A DNA stretch of 64,000 nucleotides from an uncultured Verrucomicrobiae bacterium (GCA_963764165.1 CAVXRD010000003.1:672001-736000), one strand, 5' to 3'; counted from the stretch's first letter, positions 33,964-45,075 are shown. The notes: a model not told the origin generated them from the sequence alone. Numbers and translations are program-made.

Positions 33964-36900
33964 ATGGCGCATGCCGATTTTGTTCATCTCCATTTGCACA
34001 CCGAGTATTCGCTGCTCGATGGCGCATGCCGTCTGGACACGCTGATGGAAAAGGCGCACGCGCTCCGCTTCCCTGCCCTCGCCATCACCGATCACGGAGT
34101 GATGTATGGCGCCATCGATTTTTACAAAGCAGCGCTGGATAAAGGCATCAAGCCAATCATCGGCTGCGAGATGTATGTCGCGCCCGGCAGCCGGTTGGAA
34201 AAAAAATCCAGCAACGGCGGACGCGATGTGTATCACCATCTCGGCGTGCTGGCGGCGGACGAAACGGGCTACAAGAATTTGGTCAAGCTTGCGACTGCGG
34301 CGCATCTGGAGGGCTACTATTACAAGCCGCGCATCGACAAAGAAATTCTCGCCGCCAACAGCAAAGGGTTGATCGCCCTATCCGGATGCCTCGCGAGCGA
34401 AATTCCTGAACTCATCGTCAAGGACCAACTCGACAAGGCGCGCGAGACGATTGATTGGTACAAGCAAACGCTCGGCGCGGAGAACTTTTTCCTCGAATTG
34501 CAAAATCACGGCATTCCCGAGCAACTCAAGGTCAACAAACATTTGATTCCGTGGGCGAAGGAATTTGGCTTGAAGCTGGTCGCGACAAATGACGTGCATT
34601 ACGTCGAGGAGGAGCATTCGCACGCGCACGATTGCCTCATTTGCATCGGCACGCAGACGCAGTTGGCCGACACCAAGCGGATGCATTATCAGCCGAAGCA
34701 ATTTTATCTGCGCTCGCCCGAGGAAATGAAGGCGCGCTTTGCGGAAGTACCCGAGGCCATTCGCAACACGCTGGAAGTAGCTGAGAAGTGCAACGTCAAA
34801 ATTGAATTCAACAAACTGCACTATCCCGTCTTCGATCCGCCGGGCGGCACATCGCGGGAGCTTTATTTGCGCCAGTTGCTGGCCGAAGGCCTGAATGCGC
34901 GCTATAGCATGCATGCGCGGGCGGAGGGCGAATCCTTTGTCGTGGATGGCATTGATGATCCGGGCAAACTGCCAGGGGTTCCGCAAGGCGCCGCCACGCC
35001 TCCGCCAGAGGAAGTGAAGGCAGGCATGAAATCCGTCATGGACCGCCTCGAAATCGAACTCAAGGTCATCGAGAAAACGGGGTTCATCAGCTACTTTCTC
35101 ATCGTGGGCGACTTTGTGCGTTATGGCCGCAGCAAGGGCGTTTCGTGCGTGGCGCGCGGATCCGCCGCAGGCTCCATCGTCACCTACCTTCTGGAAATTT
35201 CCAACGTCGATCCGATTCGCTACGGGCTGCTGTTCGAACGCTTTCTCAATCCCGAGCGCGTCAATCCGCCGGACATCGACATCGACTTCGCCGATGACCG
35301 GCGCGCGGACGTCATCGAATACGTCCGCGACAAATACGGGCGTGATTGCGTCGCGCAAATCATCACCTTCGGCACGATGGGCGCGAAATCGGTTGTTCGC
35401 GACGTTGGCCGCGTGATGGGCCTTGATTACGCAGCATGCGACCGGTTGGCGAAGATGATTCCGAACGAATTGAAGATGTCGCTTAAAAAGGCGCTCGAGC
35501 AATCGCCGGATTTCAAGGCCGCCTACGAAACCGAAGAGCAGACGCGTGAACTGGTCGACACCGCCTTTGTCCTCGAGGATTTGACGCGCAACGCCTCGGT
35601 GCATGCGGCGGGCGTGGTGATCGGCGACCAGCCGCTGGTCAATTTGCTCCCGCTTAAAAAGGACGAAGACGGCGTGATCGTCACCCAATACGCCATGAAT
35701 CCGGTCGGCGAATTGGGTTTGCTGAAAATGGATTTTCTCGGCCTCAAAACGCTGACGGTCATCCGCAACACCTGCGAACTCGTCAAGCAAGGCCGCGGCA
35801 TTGACATTCCCATCGACGACCTTCCACTGGACGACGCCAAGACTTACGACCTTCTCAACAAGGCACTGACGATTGGAATATTCCAATTGGAATCTGGCGG
35901 CATGCGCGATTTGTGCCGCAAATTTCAGATCAGCTCCGTCGAACACATCACGGCGCTCGTCGCGTTGTATCGCCCTGGCCCGATGGACCTGATTCCAGAC
36001 TTCATCAAGCGCCGCCATGGGGAAGTGACAATTACCTATGAGCATCCCCTGCTTGAATCGATTTCGCGCGAGACATACGGCGTGCTGATTTATCAGGAAC
36101 AGGTCATGCAGGCCGCGCAGTTGCTGGCGGGCTACACGCTGGGCGGCGCGGATTTGCTGCGCCGCGCGATGGGCAAGAAGAAGCTCGAGGAAATGGCCAA
36201 GCAGCGTGAGAAATTCGTGAGCGGCTGCGCCAAGGTCAACAATATCCCGGCGGCCAAGGCCAATTCGATTTTCGACTTGCTGGAAAAATTCGCCGGTTAC
36301 GGCTTCAACAAATCGCACGCCGCCGCCTACGCCATCGTCGCCTACCAGACCGCGTGGCTGAAGGCCAATTATCCCGTTGAATTCCTCAGCGCGATGATGA
36401 CCAACGACATGGGCGACACCGCGAAGCTGGGCATCCTCATCGGGGAAGCGCGGCATTTTGAGGTCGAAGTGCTGCCGCCCAACGTCAACGAGAGCAACGT
36501 TTTCTTTACCCCGACCCGCAAGGACGCCGCCGATGAAAAAGGCGCCATTCGTTTCGGACTGGCGGCGATCAAGGGCGTTGGTGAAGTGGCGGTGCAAAAT
36601 ATTCTAGCGGCGCGCGCCACCGGAAAATTCGCCTCGCTGGCGGAACTTTGCGAACGGGTCGACGGCCGCACTGTCAACAGGAAGGTTCTTGAAGCGCTGA
36701 TCAAATCGGGCGCGTGCGATTGTTTCGGCGAGACACGGGCGACGATGTTCGCCAAGATTGACCGCGTGCTCGGGCTTGCGGCGGGAATTATTCAAGACAG
36801 GCGAAGTGGACAGGCGACCATGTTTGGCCAACTGGAGGAAAGCACCAAAAAAAGCGTCGAACCGGAGGCGCAATTGCCCGAATGGCCAGAGCACGAATTG

Positions 36901-37593
36901 CTGGCGCAGGAAAAGGAGCTGCTTGGATTTTATGTGACAGGCCACCCCCTCACGCCTTACGCCTCAATCCTCGAAAAATACGCGCTGCATGCGACAAACC
37001 AGCTCGCCGGGCTGGCGAATCGCGCGATGACGCGCATCGGTGGCATTGTGGTGGACGCGCAAAAAGGCATCTCAAAGAAAAGCGGCAAGCCCTACGCGAT
37101 GGTGACGCTGGAGGATTTGGAAGGAACGGTTCAAATCCTTTGCATCAATGAAAATTACGACAAGTTCAACTCAATGCTCGTTCCAAAAAAAGCGCTTCTC
37201 GTCACAGGCGAAGTAAATCTCGGCGAAGACAAGCCGAAGATTTTCCCCGTCGACATGATGGCCTTGGAGGAGGCGCCCGGTGCTTTCACCAAGCAGGTCC
37301 ATCTGCGATTGCAGGTGGCGCGATTGAAGGCGGCGGATTTGGAGGAAGTCCGGCAGTTGGTCACAGCATTCCCCGGAAAATGCCCCTTATTCCTTTGCAT
37401 GAAGTGGCCGGGGGGGGAGCTGGCCTTTGTGGAATGCCACGAGAAATTTCGCGTGAAAGCGTCGTGGGATTTGCAAAAGGCCGTCGACGAACGCTTCGGC
37501 GAAGCGACTTACTACGCCAAAGTGGATGCTTCTCTCCCACAGCGCGAACAGCGCCGGTGGGAGAAGAAGAGCGGAAACGGCAGCGGCGATTAG
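33964..37593 (+). CDS. dnaE: DNA polymerase III alpha subunit
   Basis: [18 protein letters not shown] domain, RGSAAGS, PDIDIDF, KMDFLGL, YGFNKSH, OB fold. Confidence 0.97.
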   Translation: MAHADFVHLHLHTEYSLLDGACRLDTLMEKAHALRFPALAITDHGVMYGAIDFYKAALDKGIKPIIGCEMYVAPGSRLEKKSSNGGRDVYHHLGVLAADETGYKNLVKLATAAHLEGYYYKPRIDKEILAANSKGLIALSGCLASEIPELIVKDQLDKARETIDWYKQTLGAENFFLELQNHGIPEQLKVNKHLIPWAKEFGLKLVATNDVHYVEEEHSHAHDCLICIGTQTQLADTKRMHYQPKQFYLRSPEEMKARFAEVPEAIRNTLEVAEKCNVKIEFNKLHYPVFDPPGGTSRELYLRQLLAEGLNARYSMHARAEGESFVVDGIDDPGKLPGVPQGAATPPPEEVKAGMKSVMDRLEIELKVIEKTGFISYFLIVGDFVRYGRSKGVSCVARGSAAGSIVTYLLEISNVDPIRYGLLFERFLNPERVNPPDIDIDFADDRRADVIEYVRDKYGRDCVAQIITFGTMGAKSVVRDVGRVMGLDYAACDRLAKMIPNELKMSLKKALEQSPDFKAAYETEEQTRELVDTAFVLEDLTRNASVHAAGVVIGDQPLVNLLPLKKDEDGVIVTQYAMNPVGELGLLKMDFLGLKTLTVIRNTCELVKQGRGIDIPIDDLPLDDAKTYDLLNKALTIGIFQLESGGMRDLCRKFQISSVEHITALVALYRPGPMDLIPDFIKRRHGEVTITYEHPLLESISRETYGVLIYQEQVMQAAQLLAGYTLGGADLLRRAMGKKKLEEMAKQREKFVSGCAKVNNIPAAKANSIFDLLEKFAGYGFNKSHAAAYAIVAYQTAWLKANYPVEFLSAMMTNDMGDTAKLGILIGEARHFEVEVLPPNVNESNVFFTPTRKDAADEKGAIRFGLAAIKGVGEVAVQNILAARATGKFASLAELCERVDGRTVNRKVLEALIKSGACDCFGETRATMFAKIDRVLGLAAGIIQDRRSGQATMFGQLEESTKKSVEPEAQLPEWPEHELLAQEKELLGFYVTGHPLTPYASILEKYALHATNQLAGLANRAMTRIGGIVVDAQKGISKKSGKPYAMVTLEDLEGTVQILCINENYDKFNSMLVPKKALLVTGEVNLGEDKPKIFPVDMMALEEAPGAFTKQVHLRLQVARLKAADLEEVRQLVTAFPGKCPLFLCMKWPGGELAFVECHEKFRVKASWDLQKAVDERFGEATYYAKVDASLPQREQRRWEKKSGNGSGD

Positions 37594-37976
37594 GATCCTT
37601 TTTCGGTCTTTTCGCCAGCGGTCTTCCAGCCTTGGATGCCGGCAACCAGATGCTTGACGTTCTTATAACCAAGCTTCTTGGCGGCGACAGCGGCTTCGTG
37701 ATAGGCGGGGCACTGCGGATTTCCGCAATACGCCACGACCAGGACATCCTTATCCTTCGGCAGGACGTCGGCCAGTTTGTCCTGCTTTTCCGCGAAGTTG
37801 ATCGCGCCCGGGATGTGGCCGGATTTGAACGATTCAGAGCCATTCGCATCAAGCAGAACGATTTTGTGGGAAGCCATCTCGGCCTTCAGGTCGGAGATGG
37901 AGATGTCGGGGAATTCAGACGCATAAACGCCGACCGCGACAATCAATGAGGCTGCAAGCACAAGTAATTTTTTCAT
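37590..37976 (-). CDS. Secreted rhodanese-like domain protein
   Basis: Signal peptide MKKLLVLAASLIVAVGVYA; LLDAN, GHIPGA, VAYC, AGIQGW. Confidence 0.88.
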   Translation of the reverse strand: MKKLLVLAASLIVAVGVYASEFPDISISDLKAEMASHKIVLLDANGSESFKSGHIPGAINFAEKQDKLADVLPKDKDVLVVAYCGNPQCPAYHEAAVAAKKLGYKNVKHLVAGIQGWKTAGEKTEKGS

Positions 37977-38071
37977 AATCAGATTAGATAACGGACAACA
38001 ATTGCACCGGCACACTAATACAAAGCGGCGCATTTTGCAACCACGAACGCGCGACCGGCTCGCGGGCGAGT

Positions 38072-38216
38072 GGTTGTGATCAAACGTGGGTGATGCGTGC
38101 AAGCAATCAGTCGGAGCGCGGCTGCGTTGAAGACCAGCCGCGGCCATGTGGAATTGACTGGCGCACCCGGCGCCGCGTCGCGCTGGGGCTGGTCTTCGAC
38201 ACGGCCGTATCTCCGA
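38072..38216. mobile_element. Family A element, degenerate copy 3
   Basis: GGTTGTGATCAAACGTGGGTGATG end; CGGAGCGCGGCTGCGTTGAAGACCAGCCGC and GGCTGGTCTTCGACACGGCCG arms. Confidence 0.7.
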
Positions 38217-38226
38217 CGCTGGCGGA

Positions 38227-38706
38227 TTATAAAACGGAAATAATCCGGTATTTAGCCACCGATCCGCTGACCTTGGCGGTCCAGCCCTGGCCCGCGATTT
38301 TGCCCACCAGATTTTGTCCCAGCGGCGATTGCGGTGTGATGACGGTGATTTCTTTGTGACGATGCTCGATTTCCAACCCGCCGCTCTTTGGGCCAATAAA
38401 ATAAAACGAGCGGGCTCCCCCGCTGTCCAATTCCACCAATGCCGTCATGTCGATGGGGTCATCAGCGGCGAAGGTCTGGGGAGTGAGAACCTCGTAGATT
38501 TTGATGGCATCGAGAATCTCCTTTGCCTGCCGTGCCTGGCCACCCGCGAGATATGCCGCCTCGAGGCCGCGCGTGTCGTATTTGCTTTCGGCTTTGCTGC
38601 TTTCGTGGGTGGCTTCTGCGTGGGAGGCCCGCGCCGCTTTGTCCAGCACGGCGAGCTTTTCCGCCAGGCTGGCCACGATCTGTTTTATCAGTGCGGATTT
38701 TTCCAT
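38227..38706 (-). CDS. GreA/GreB-family transcription factor-like protein
   Basis: Coiled coil ending AESKYDTRGLEAAYLA; C-terminal VITPQSPLGQNLVGK. Confidence 0.85.
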   Translation of the reverse strand: MEKSALIKQIVASLAEKLAVLDKAARASHAEATHESSKAESKYDTRGLEAAYLAGGQARQAKEILDAIKIYEVLTPQTFAADDPIDMTALVELDSGGARSFYFIGPKSGGLEIEHRHKEITVITPQSPLGQNLVGKIAGQGWTAKVSGSVAKYRIISVL

Positions 38707-38854
38707 TTCAAATTCAGGCTGTCAGCGTAGACCAATTTAATGCCAGTGACAAACGGCAATGCGTCTATCAATCACTGTCGGAACATCGCACCCATCTCCG
38801 CCATTGCGATCTGCACGGGAATCGGTTTTTCGAATTGTTTTTCCGAGTTTTCGA

Positions 38855-38883
38855 TTGACGGAATATCATCACCTGTGGATACT
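38855..38883 (+). promoter_or_regulatory. Putative sigma70 promoter, near-leaderless
   Basis: TTGACG-N17-GATACT ending 8 nt before the GTG at 38892. Confidence 0.55.
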
Positions 38884-38891
38884 TTCGCGCG

Positions 38892-40022
38892 GTGAGAGCC
38901 GCTGGCAAATTCAAAAGCTGCGCTTCCAGGGAGTCGAATTCCGTGGCAAAAGAGGCATTGTCGTCCCCAGATTTCAGGAGCAACTCGGGCGCAACCTCGC
39001 TGGTGACTGGAGCAGCCGGATTTATTGGATCACATGTGGCGGCTGAACTGGTTCGATTGGGTCACCGAGTCGTTGGGTTGGATGACTTATCGGGCGGCCA
39101 CCGCGAAAATGTTCCTCCCGGGGTCCATTTCATCGAAGGCTCAATCAACGACACAGAGTTAATTCCCGAGTTATTTGCCAAGCACCGGTTTGATTTCGTC
39201 TTTCATTTGGCGGCCTATGCGACCGAGGGGTTGAGCCATTTCATCCGCATGTTTAACTACCGGGAGAACCTCCTCGGCAGCGTTAATCTCATCAACGCGT
39301 CGGTTAATGCGGGAACCGTTCAATGTTTTGTCTTTGCGTCGTCCGCCGCTGTCTACGGGAGGCTGCCGGCGCCGATGACCGAAGGCATGCCTCCCTGCCC
39401 TGCCGATCCCTATGCGGTGGCGAAGTATGCGGTGGAGCTGGACTTGGCGGCTGCCCGTGAGGTTTTCGGCCTGCAATCTATTTTATTCCGATTCCACAAC
39501 GTCTATGGAGAGCGCCAAAATTTCGGCGACCGTTATCGCAACGTCATTGGCATCTTCATGAAACAAGTGATGGAGGGACGCCCGGTCACCATCTTTGGAG
39601 ACGGATTGCAGAAGCGGGCTTTCACGCATATCTCCGACGTCGCGCCGATCATGGCCGCTTCGATCTCCCGGCCGGGCGCTTACAATCAAATATTTAATCT
39701 CGGCTCGGATGAACTCACTTCCGTTCTGGATTTGGCTGGTTACGTGTGCCAGGCCATGGGAGTGCCGAGAAGTGTTGAACACCTGCCCGAGCGCCATGAG
39801 ATTCGCGACGTTTATTGCGCGCATGACAAGGCGCGAAAGCATTTTGGCGACTTGATTCAGAATGTCCCCTTGGAATCAGGGCTCTCGCAAATGGCGGGCT
39901 GGATCAAGCAAACCCAGGTCCGATTAAGCGAGCAGTTCCGGCAGGTCGAGATAGAAAAACAGATGCCCGCTTCCTGGCTGCGTCCGCCCGAAATGACCCA
40001 ACGCACTGCGCAGTCCGCATGA
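38892..40022 (+). CDS. NAD-dependent epimerase/dehydratase (UDP-glucose 4-epimerase-like)
   Basis: LVTGAAGFIGSH, HLAAY, SSAAVYG, YAVAK, FHNVYG, GDGLQKRAF. Confidence 0.92.
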   Translation: MRAAGKFKSCASRESNSVAKEALSSPDFRSNSGATSLVTGAAGFIGSHVAAELVRLGHRVVGLDDLSGGHRENVPPGVHFIEGSINDTELIPELFAKHRFDFVFHLAAYATEGLSHFIRMFNYRENLLGSVNLINASVNAGTVQCFVFASSAAVYGRLPAPMTEGMPPCPADPYAVAKYAVELDLAAAREVFGLQSILFRFHNVYGERQNFGDRYRNVIGIFMKQVMEGRPVTIFGDGLQKRAFTHISDVAPIMAASISRPGAYNQIFNLGSDELTSVLDLAGYVCQAMGVPRSVEHLPERHEIRDVYCAHDKARKHFGDLIQNVPLESGLSQMAGWIKQTQVRLSEQFRQVEIEKQMPASWLRPPEMTQRTAQSA

Positions 40023-40831
40023 TTTCGGAGTATGACAAGCCAGTCTTGAAGGAGATGCGGGCGCCAAGCGCCGCGGCCCGGTTTCCGGCGTTTTCGCCGA
40101 AAGCCCAATTATGCGGCATTGCTTACAGTTGCGGCACGATTGATGACTTTCAGCGGGACATTTCCAAGTGGCTTCGCGGAGACCGATCCGCTGGTGTGGT
40201 GGTGAGTTATGTCAATCCGCACGTCTTCAATCTCGCGAAGAAACACGATTGCGTTCGGGAATTGCTGGACAAGGCCGATATAGTCTCGGTGGACGGAGTC
40301 GGCTTCGCCGTGGCGGCTTGGTTGAGAAACGGCAGGCGCCAGAGCAGGACTGTGATGACGCCCCTTTTCGACCGCGTTCTGGAAGATGCTGATCTGCCCC
40401 GCCTGCCAGCCGTTCTTCTCGGAGGCTCCGGCGAAGCATCCAAGAAAGGCGCCGCTGGCATAAACCGGCTTAGCCGAAACATGCAGGTCACCGCCGCCAT
40501 CGACGGATATCAGCCATTGCCGCGCTACATCGATTTTTTGCGAGAGCATTCCACCGTCGATGTGATCCTGGTGGGAATGGGAACACCGCGCTCGGAAGAG
40601 CTGATACTTGAGGCAAGCGCGATGTTTCCCGGGAAACTTTTTTGGAACATCGGAGGAGGCACCCTGCAATTCTACGCAGGCACTCTGCTCCGGGTTCCGA
40701 AAATCGTCAGCAAACTTTGCCTCCAATGGTTTTGGAGAATGTTATTTGAACCGCGCCTCGTGCCGCGATACGTCATTGGACTTCCGGTTTTCGCCGGGCA
40801 TCTGTTAAGAACTCAACCTGCACACAAATAA
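40019..40831 (+). CDS. WecB/TagA/CpsF-family glycosyltransferase (GT26)
   Basis: YVNPH, DGVG, LLGG, VGMGTPRSE, GGG, WFWRMLFEP-RY. Confidence 0.85.
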   Translation: MISEYDKPVLKEMRAPSAAARFPAFSPKAQLCGIAYSCGTIDDFQRDISKWLRGDRSAGVVVSYVNPHVFNLAKKHDCVRELLDKADIVSVDGVGFAVAAWLRNGRRQSRTVMTPLFDRVLEDADLPRLPAVLLGGSGEASKKGAAGINRLSRNMQVTAAIDGYQPLPRYIDFLREHSTVDVILVGMGTPRSEELILEASAMFPGKLFWNIGGGTLQFYAGTLLRVPKIVSKLCLQWFWRMLFEPRLVPRYVIGLPVFAGHLLRTQPAHK

Positions 40832-40845
40832 AAAGGAGACTGATT

Positions 40846-42438
40846 ATGACAACTGTCTTGATTGCCAACCCTGCTCTGCGATTCGACCTCGACGATGGAG
40901 GCGAGCGATACTTTTTCGGCGCCGGCTGCCGGTTTCCGTGGTCGCTGCGCAAGGAAAAGGAAAGCTTTCCGCGCTTCGCCATGTTTCCGTTCTTCCTCGG
41001 ATACACCGCCGCGATCCTCGAGCGCGACGGTTTCAACGTGAAAGCCATCGATGGCGTTCCGCTCAACCTGCCGTATTCGGAATTCGTGAAGAGAGCCGAG
41101 GAAGTGAAACCGGATTTGATTTTGTTCGAGCCCGCCACGCCCGCGATTAACCGTATCAGCGAAATTGCCAAGGACCTGGCCAAGCGAACGGGCGCGAAAA
41201 TCGCCTTTGCCGGATCGCACGTCACGACCTTCTCGAAGGATGTGCTGGCCGAGCATCCGCATGTGGACTTCGTGATGATCGGGGAGTACGAGACTTCCGT
41301 GCTGGGATTGGCCCGGCGAATTCGCGACGGCCAGAGCCTGGACGGACTTCTCGGCATTGCCTATCGCGGCGCGGACGGCAAAATGTGCGGCGGCCAGCGC
41401 GCTCCGGAAATTGATGTGGACATCCTGCCGAAGCCTGCCCGCCATATGTTCCCGTCTTATTTCAACAACGATCTCAGCAAATACCATGACGGCTTCTGCC
41501 AGCATCGGCCCGCCATTCAATTGCACTCCAGCCGCGGATGCCCGTTCCGCTGCAATTTCTGCCTTTGGATTCAAGTCATGTATAACAACGGCAAGCATCG
41601 CGGCTTCGCGCCGGAGCGCATTGTCGATGAAATGATCGAGGCGCGGGACAAATACGGCGCCAAGGAAATTTATTTTGACGATGACGATTTCACGGTGCGC
41701 AAAGAGCACGTCTTCGCCCTCTGCGATGAAATCGAGCGGCGCAAGGTTGGCCTCCCCTGGTCGGTCATGGGTGATGCCATGGCCACGGAAATTGAGACGC
41801 TGGAGCGGATGGCGAAAGCTGGCTGCATCGGCATGAAGTTCGGATTGGAAAGCGCCGATCCCGCCGTGCTGAAGCGCATCGGAAAACCGATCAAATTGGA
41901 TCGCGTGGAAAAGGTGGCCACCACCGCGCAGCGCCTCGGCATCAAAACCCACATGACGGTCATGTTCGGGCTATCCGGCGAAACGCATGAAAGCATCGAG
42001 AAAACATTTGAATTTGCCTGCAAGCTTGACGTCGATTCCGTCCAGTTCAGCGTGGCGACGCCCTATCCGGGCACGCGGTATTATTACGAGCTTAAGGAAG
42101 CCGGGCGTTTGAAGTTCGAGAAATGGGAAGATTTCGACGGGGCCAATAATGCGGTGTTTGAATGGGACGGATTGGATCCTGATTTTGTTGAACGCTTCGA
42201 GGCCAGCGCCCACGGCCGCTGGTTGCGGCATAAATTCAAAAATCCGCGCTGGGTCATGCGGCAGACGCGGTATTTTGCCCGGCTCTGCAAAGGCCAGGGA
42301 GTGGGCGGCCTCTACAAGCGCATGTCTCGCGGATACAGGCTGCTGGTGCAGCCTGATGTTCGCCGTCCCGCCCAGGCTCCGAAGCCCGAGGTGGCGGCAG
42401 CGGCGATGCGCCAGCGCCTGGTCGGACCGCGGCCTTAA
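40846..42438 (+). CDS. B12-binding radical SAM protein (HpnJ/BchE-like)
   Basis: SRGCPFRCNFC (CxxxCxxC), GSHVT, GEYE, YFDDDDF, FGLESA, TPYPGT; GGAGA RBS. Confidence 0.9.
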   Translation: MTTVLIANPALRFDLDDGGERYFFGAGCRFPWSLRKEKESFPRFAMFPFFLGYTAAILERDGFNVKAIDGVPLNLPYSEFVKRAEEVKPDLILFEPATPAINRISEIAKDLAKRTGAKIAFAGSHVTTFSKDVLAEHPHVDFVMIGEYETSVLGLARRIRDGQSLDGLLGIAYRGADGKMCGGQRAPEIDVDILPKPARHMFPSYFNNDLSKYHDGFCQHRPAIQLHSSRGCPFRCNFCLWIQVMYNNGKHRGFAPERIVDEMIEARDKYGAKEIYFDDDDFTVRKEHVFALCDEIERRKVGLPWSVMGDAMATEIETLERMAKAGCIGMKFGLESADPAVLKRIGKPIKLDRVEKVATTAQRLGIKTHMTVMFGLSGETHESIEKTFEFACKLDVDSVQFSVATPYPGTRYYYELKEAGRLKFEKWEDFDGANNAVFEWDGLDPDFVERFEASAHGRWLRHKFKNPRWVMRQTRYFARLCKGQGVGGLYKRMSRGYRLLVQPDVRRPAQAPKPEVAAAAMRQRLVGPRP

Positions 42439-42451
42439 ATTTTAGGCATCG

Positions 42452-42486
42452 CTCGCGCCTAAACGGGAACTCCGTTTAGGCGCGAG
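42452..42486. terminator. Perfect 15-bp hairpin overlapping the ftsH stop codon
   Basis: CTCGCGCCTAAACGG-GAACT-CCGTTTAGGCGCGAG at the junction of convergent genes. Confidence 0.55.
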
Positions 42487-44384
42487 TTGTTGACGGGATC
42501 GAGAGGAGCTTCCTGCAGGAGCTCTTGGAAAGTCTTTTCGTCCAATGTTTCGTGCTTCAGCAATTTGGCGGCGACATGATCCAATTGGCCGCGGTGGGCT
42601 TCCAGGATTTCCTTCGCCGCAACGTAAGCGTCGGCCAAGATCTTCTTAACTTCTTGGTCAATTTCGCGGGCCGTTTGCTCGCTGCAATCCCGTTGGAAGA
42701 CGCCTGGACCAGAACCGTCAAAGGCCGCCTCGCGCCTCGCGCAGTGTGCCAGGCCGATGACATCGCTCATGCCGAACATCGCCACCATTTGGCGCGCCAG
42801 TGCGGTCGCATGTTGGAGATCGTTCTCCGCGCCAGTGCTGACATCGTCAAAAACCAGTTCTTCGGCCGCGCGTCCCCCGAGCAGGCCTTTAAGGCGGTCG
42901 AGCAAGGCGGATTGGTTCATCAGATAACGATCCTGACCCGGCACTTGCATGGTGTAACCCAGGGCCGCGTGTCCGCGCGGGACGATGCTGATCTTGTGGA
43001 CGGGATCGGCATACCGGCTGTGAACGGCAACCAGCGCGTGGCCCACTTCGTGGAAGGCGACGCGGCGTTTTTCCTCGTCACCCAGGCGGCGGCTCTTCCT
43101 CTCCGGCCCCGCCACGACTTTCTCCACCGCCTCCTCCAAATCGTGCTGCGTGATTTGCGTTGCGCGTCGGCGGGCGGCGAGCAAGGCGGCTTCGTTCAAA
43201 AGGTTCGCGAGGTCCGCGCCGGAAAATCCTGGCGTGTGAAGCGCAATCCGGCGCAAATCATCCTCGGCGGCCAGCGCTTTTTCGCGGGCGTGCAATTTCA
43301 AAATGGCGAAACGGCCTTCGACATCAGGCGCATCGACGAGGACTTGCCTGTCAAAACGGCCCGGGCGCAGCAACGCGCGATCCAGCACCTCCGGCCGATT
43401 GGTCGCGGCGAGGACGATGACACCGGCGTTCGGCTCAAAGCCGTCCAAACCGACGAGCAGTTGGTTCAGCGTTTGTTCGCGTTCGTCATTGACCGCGCCC
43501 ATGTGAACCCCACGCTGGCGTCCGACGGCATCCAGCTCATCAATAAAAACGATGCAAGGCGCCTGGGCTTTGGCTTTCTGAAACAAATCACGCACGCGGG
43601 CCGCTCCCACGCCGACGAACATTTCCACGAAATCGCTGCCGCTGATCAAAAAGAACGGCACCTTCGCCTCGCCTGCCACGGCGCGCGCCAGGAGCGTTTT
43701 CCCCGTGCCCGGCGGGCCGATCAGCAAAATGCCTTTGGGAATGGTCGCGCCCAAAGCCTTGTAGCGGAGGGGATCTTTCAAAAAGGCGACCACTTCCTGC
43801 AATTCAAATTTCGCCTCATCGCAGCCGGCCACATCATCAAAAGTGACGGATGAACTGCTTTCGGCGACCAAACGAGCCTTGCTGGCGCCAAAAGCCATCA
43901 ACCCTTGTCCCAGATTGCCGACTTTCCGCGCGAGCAATCGCCAGACAAAAACCGCCGCCGCAATCGGTATGAGCCAGGCCCAGATCAATTGCGACATCGT
44001 GCCGGTTTGTACTCCCGTATAAACCACTCCGGAAGCCTGCATATCCTTCACCAAATCCGGATCGTCCACTCGAACGGTGCGAAAGAAAGTCGGGTGCGGT
44101 TTTGAAGTGGATTCCGATAATTCGGCCGTGCTTGTTTTGCCGGTGATGTCATTCGGATACACGGTCACATCGCTCAGTTTTTTCTCAGTTAGGAGCGTTT
44201 TGAACTGGCTGTAGGGAATGGTGTGCGTATTCAGCTGATGGGCCGCTTCCTGCCAAAGCCAGAGCGTTCCCGCCATGAACAGCAGGTAAAAAATGAGGGA
44301 AGTTTTCAACTGCGGCGGCCAGATTCCAGGATGCTCGCCGCCGGGAGAATTCGGATCCTGCGGAATTTGTTTAAGATTTGCCAT
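42459..44384 (-). CDS. ftsH: ATP-dependent zinc metalloprotease FtsH
   Basis: Two TM helices; [29 protein letters not shown]. Confidence 0.95.
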   Translation of the reverse strand: MANLKQIPQDPNSPGGEHPGIWPPQLKTSLIFYLLFMAGTLWLWQEAAHQLNTHTIPYSQFKTLLTEKKLSDVTVYPNDITGKTSTAELSESTSKPHPTFFRTVRVDDPDLVKDMQASGVVYTGVQTGTMSQLIWAWLIPIAAAVFVWRLLARKVGNLGQGLMAFGASKARLVAESSSSVTFDDVAGCDEAKFELQEVVAFLKDPLRYKALGATIPKGILLIGPPGTGKTLLARAVAGEAKVPFFLISGSDFVEMFVGVGAARVRDLFQKAKAQAPCIVFIDELDAVGRQRGVHMGAVNDEREQTLNQLLVGLDGFEPNAGVIVLAATNRPEVLDRALLRPGRFDRQVLVDAPDVEGRFAILKLHAREKALAAEDDLRRIALHTPGFSGADLANLLNEAALLAARRRATQITQHDLEEAVEKVVAGPERKSRRLGDEEKRRVAFHEVGHALVAVHSRYADPVHKISIVPRGHAALGYTMQVPGQDRYLMNQSALLDRLKGLLGGRAAEELVFDDVSTGAENDLQHATALARQMVAMFGMSDVIGLAHCARREAAFDGSGPGVFQRDCSEQTAREIDQEVKKILADAYVAAKEILEAHRGQLDHVAAKLLKHETLDEKTFQELLQEAPLDPVNNSRLNGVPV

Positions 44385-45075
44385 GCCATTGGACGCCGTA
44401 GCGCTCCGAGTAAACAGTTTCGCTCAATGCCAGGCGCCCGCCGTAGTTCTTGTCCGGTTCCCGGGCAAAGCCCACTGCGAGCAGCGCAACGACTTCCGAG
44501 CCATCCGGCAACCCGAGCGTCTTCTTGACAGCAGCGGGATCAAATCCTTCCATCGGCGCGGTGTCCAAGCCGTAGGCTTCCGCGGCCAGCATTAATGTGG
44601 TGAAAGCGATCATGGTGTGGCGGTTCATCCAGACTTTGGGATCCATCGTGCCGATGAACTGGAGCGCGCCCTGTTTCGTTTTTTCCGCGGCCTCGGCCTT
44701 GAGCACATTGCGCTTCACACTTTCGTTGAAAACCGCATCCACGCTCGCTTTCCAGTCTTCGGGATTTGAGAACGCCACGATCATCACGGGCGCTTCGCCG
44801 ACCTTCGGCTGGTTATAGGCGGCTTTTTGAAGGTTTTGCCGGTTCGCGGCGTCTTGAATCACCACAAACCGCCACGGCTGAATATTGTAGCCGGACGGGG
44901 CCTGCGTCGCGAGGCTGAGGATGGCGTCCAGATATTCGGCCGGAACAGGATCGGGAAGAAAATGCTGGGTGGCCCGCCGTTCCAGCAAAACCTGAGCTAT
45001 CGGTTTGAGCGCCGATCCTTTAACCTGCGTCGCCGGAAGGATCGACGGCTTGTCAACAAATGTGAATTCTCGCAT
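44371..45075 (-). CDS. Nitroreductase family protein
   Basis: RRAT, APSGYNIQPWRF, GLDTAPMEGFD. Confidence 0.92.
   Translation of the reverse strand: MREFTFVDKPSILPATQVKGSALKPIAQVLLERRATQHFLPDPVPAEYLDAILSLATQAPSGYNIQPWRFVVIQDAANRQNLQKAAYNQPKVGEAPVMIVAFSNPEDWKASVDAVFNESVKRNVLKAEAAEKTKQGALQFIGTMDPKVWMNRHTMIAFTTLMLAAEAYGLDTAPMEGFDPAAVKKTLGLPDGSEVVALLAVGFAREPDKNYGGRLALSETVYSERYGVQWHGKS

Noticed and set aside
34900..35040. Possible intein in DnaE
   Set aside because: Too short, with no Cys/Ser start or His-Asn end motifs
34378..36597. 739-aa antisense ORF inside dnaE, and similar long shadow ORFs opposite GT10, gmd, the radical SAM, ftsH, the exporter and the NRPSs
   Set aside because: Stop-poor antisense frames are expected in GC-rich coding DNA; no motifs, and each is overlapped by a well-supported gene
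37977..38396. Long N-terminal extension on the rhodanese ORF
   Set aside because: Runs through the repeat element and the Gre-like gene; a clear signal peptide starts at 37976
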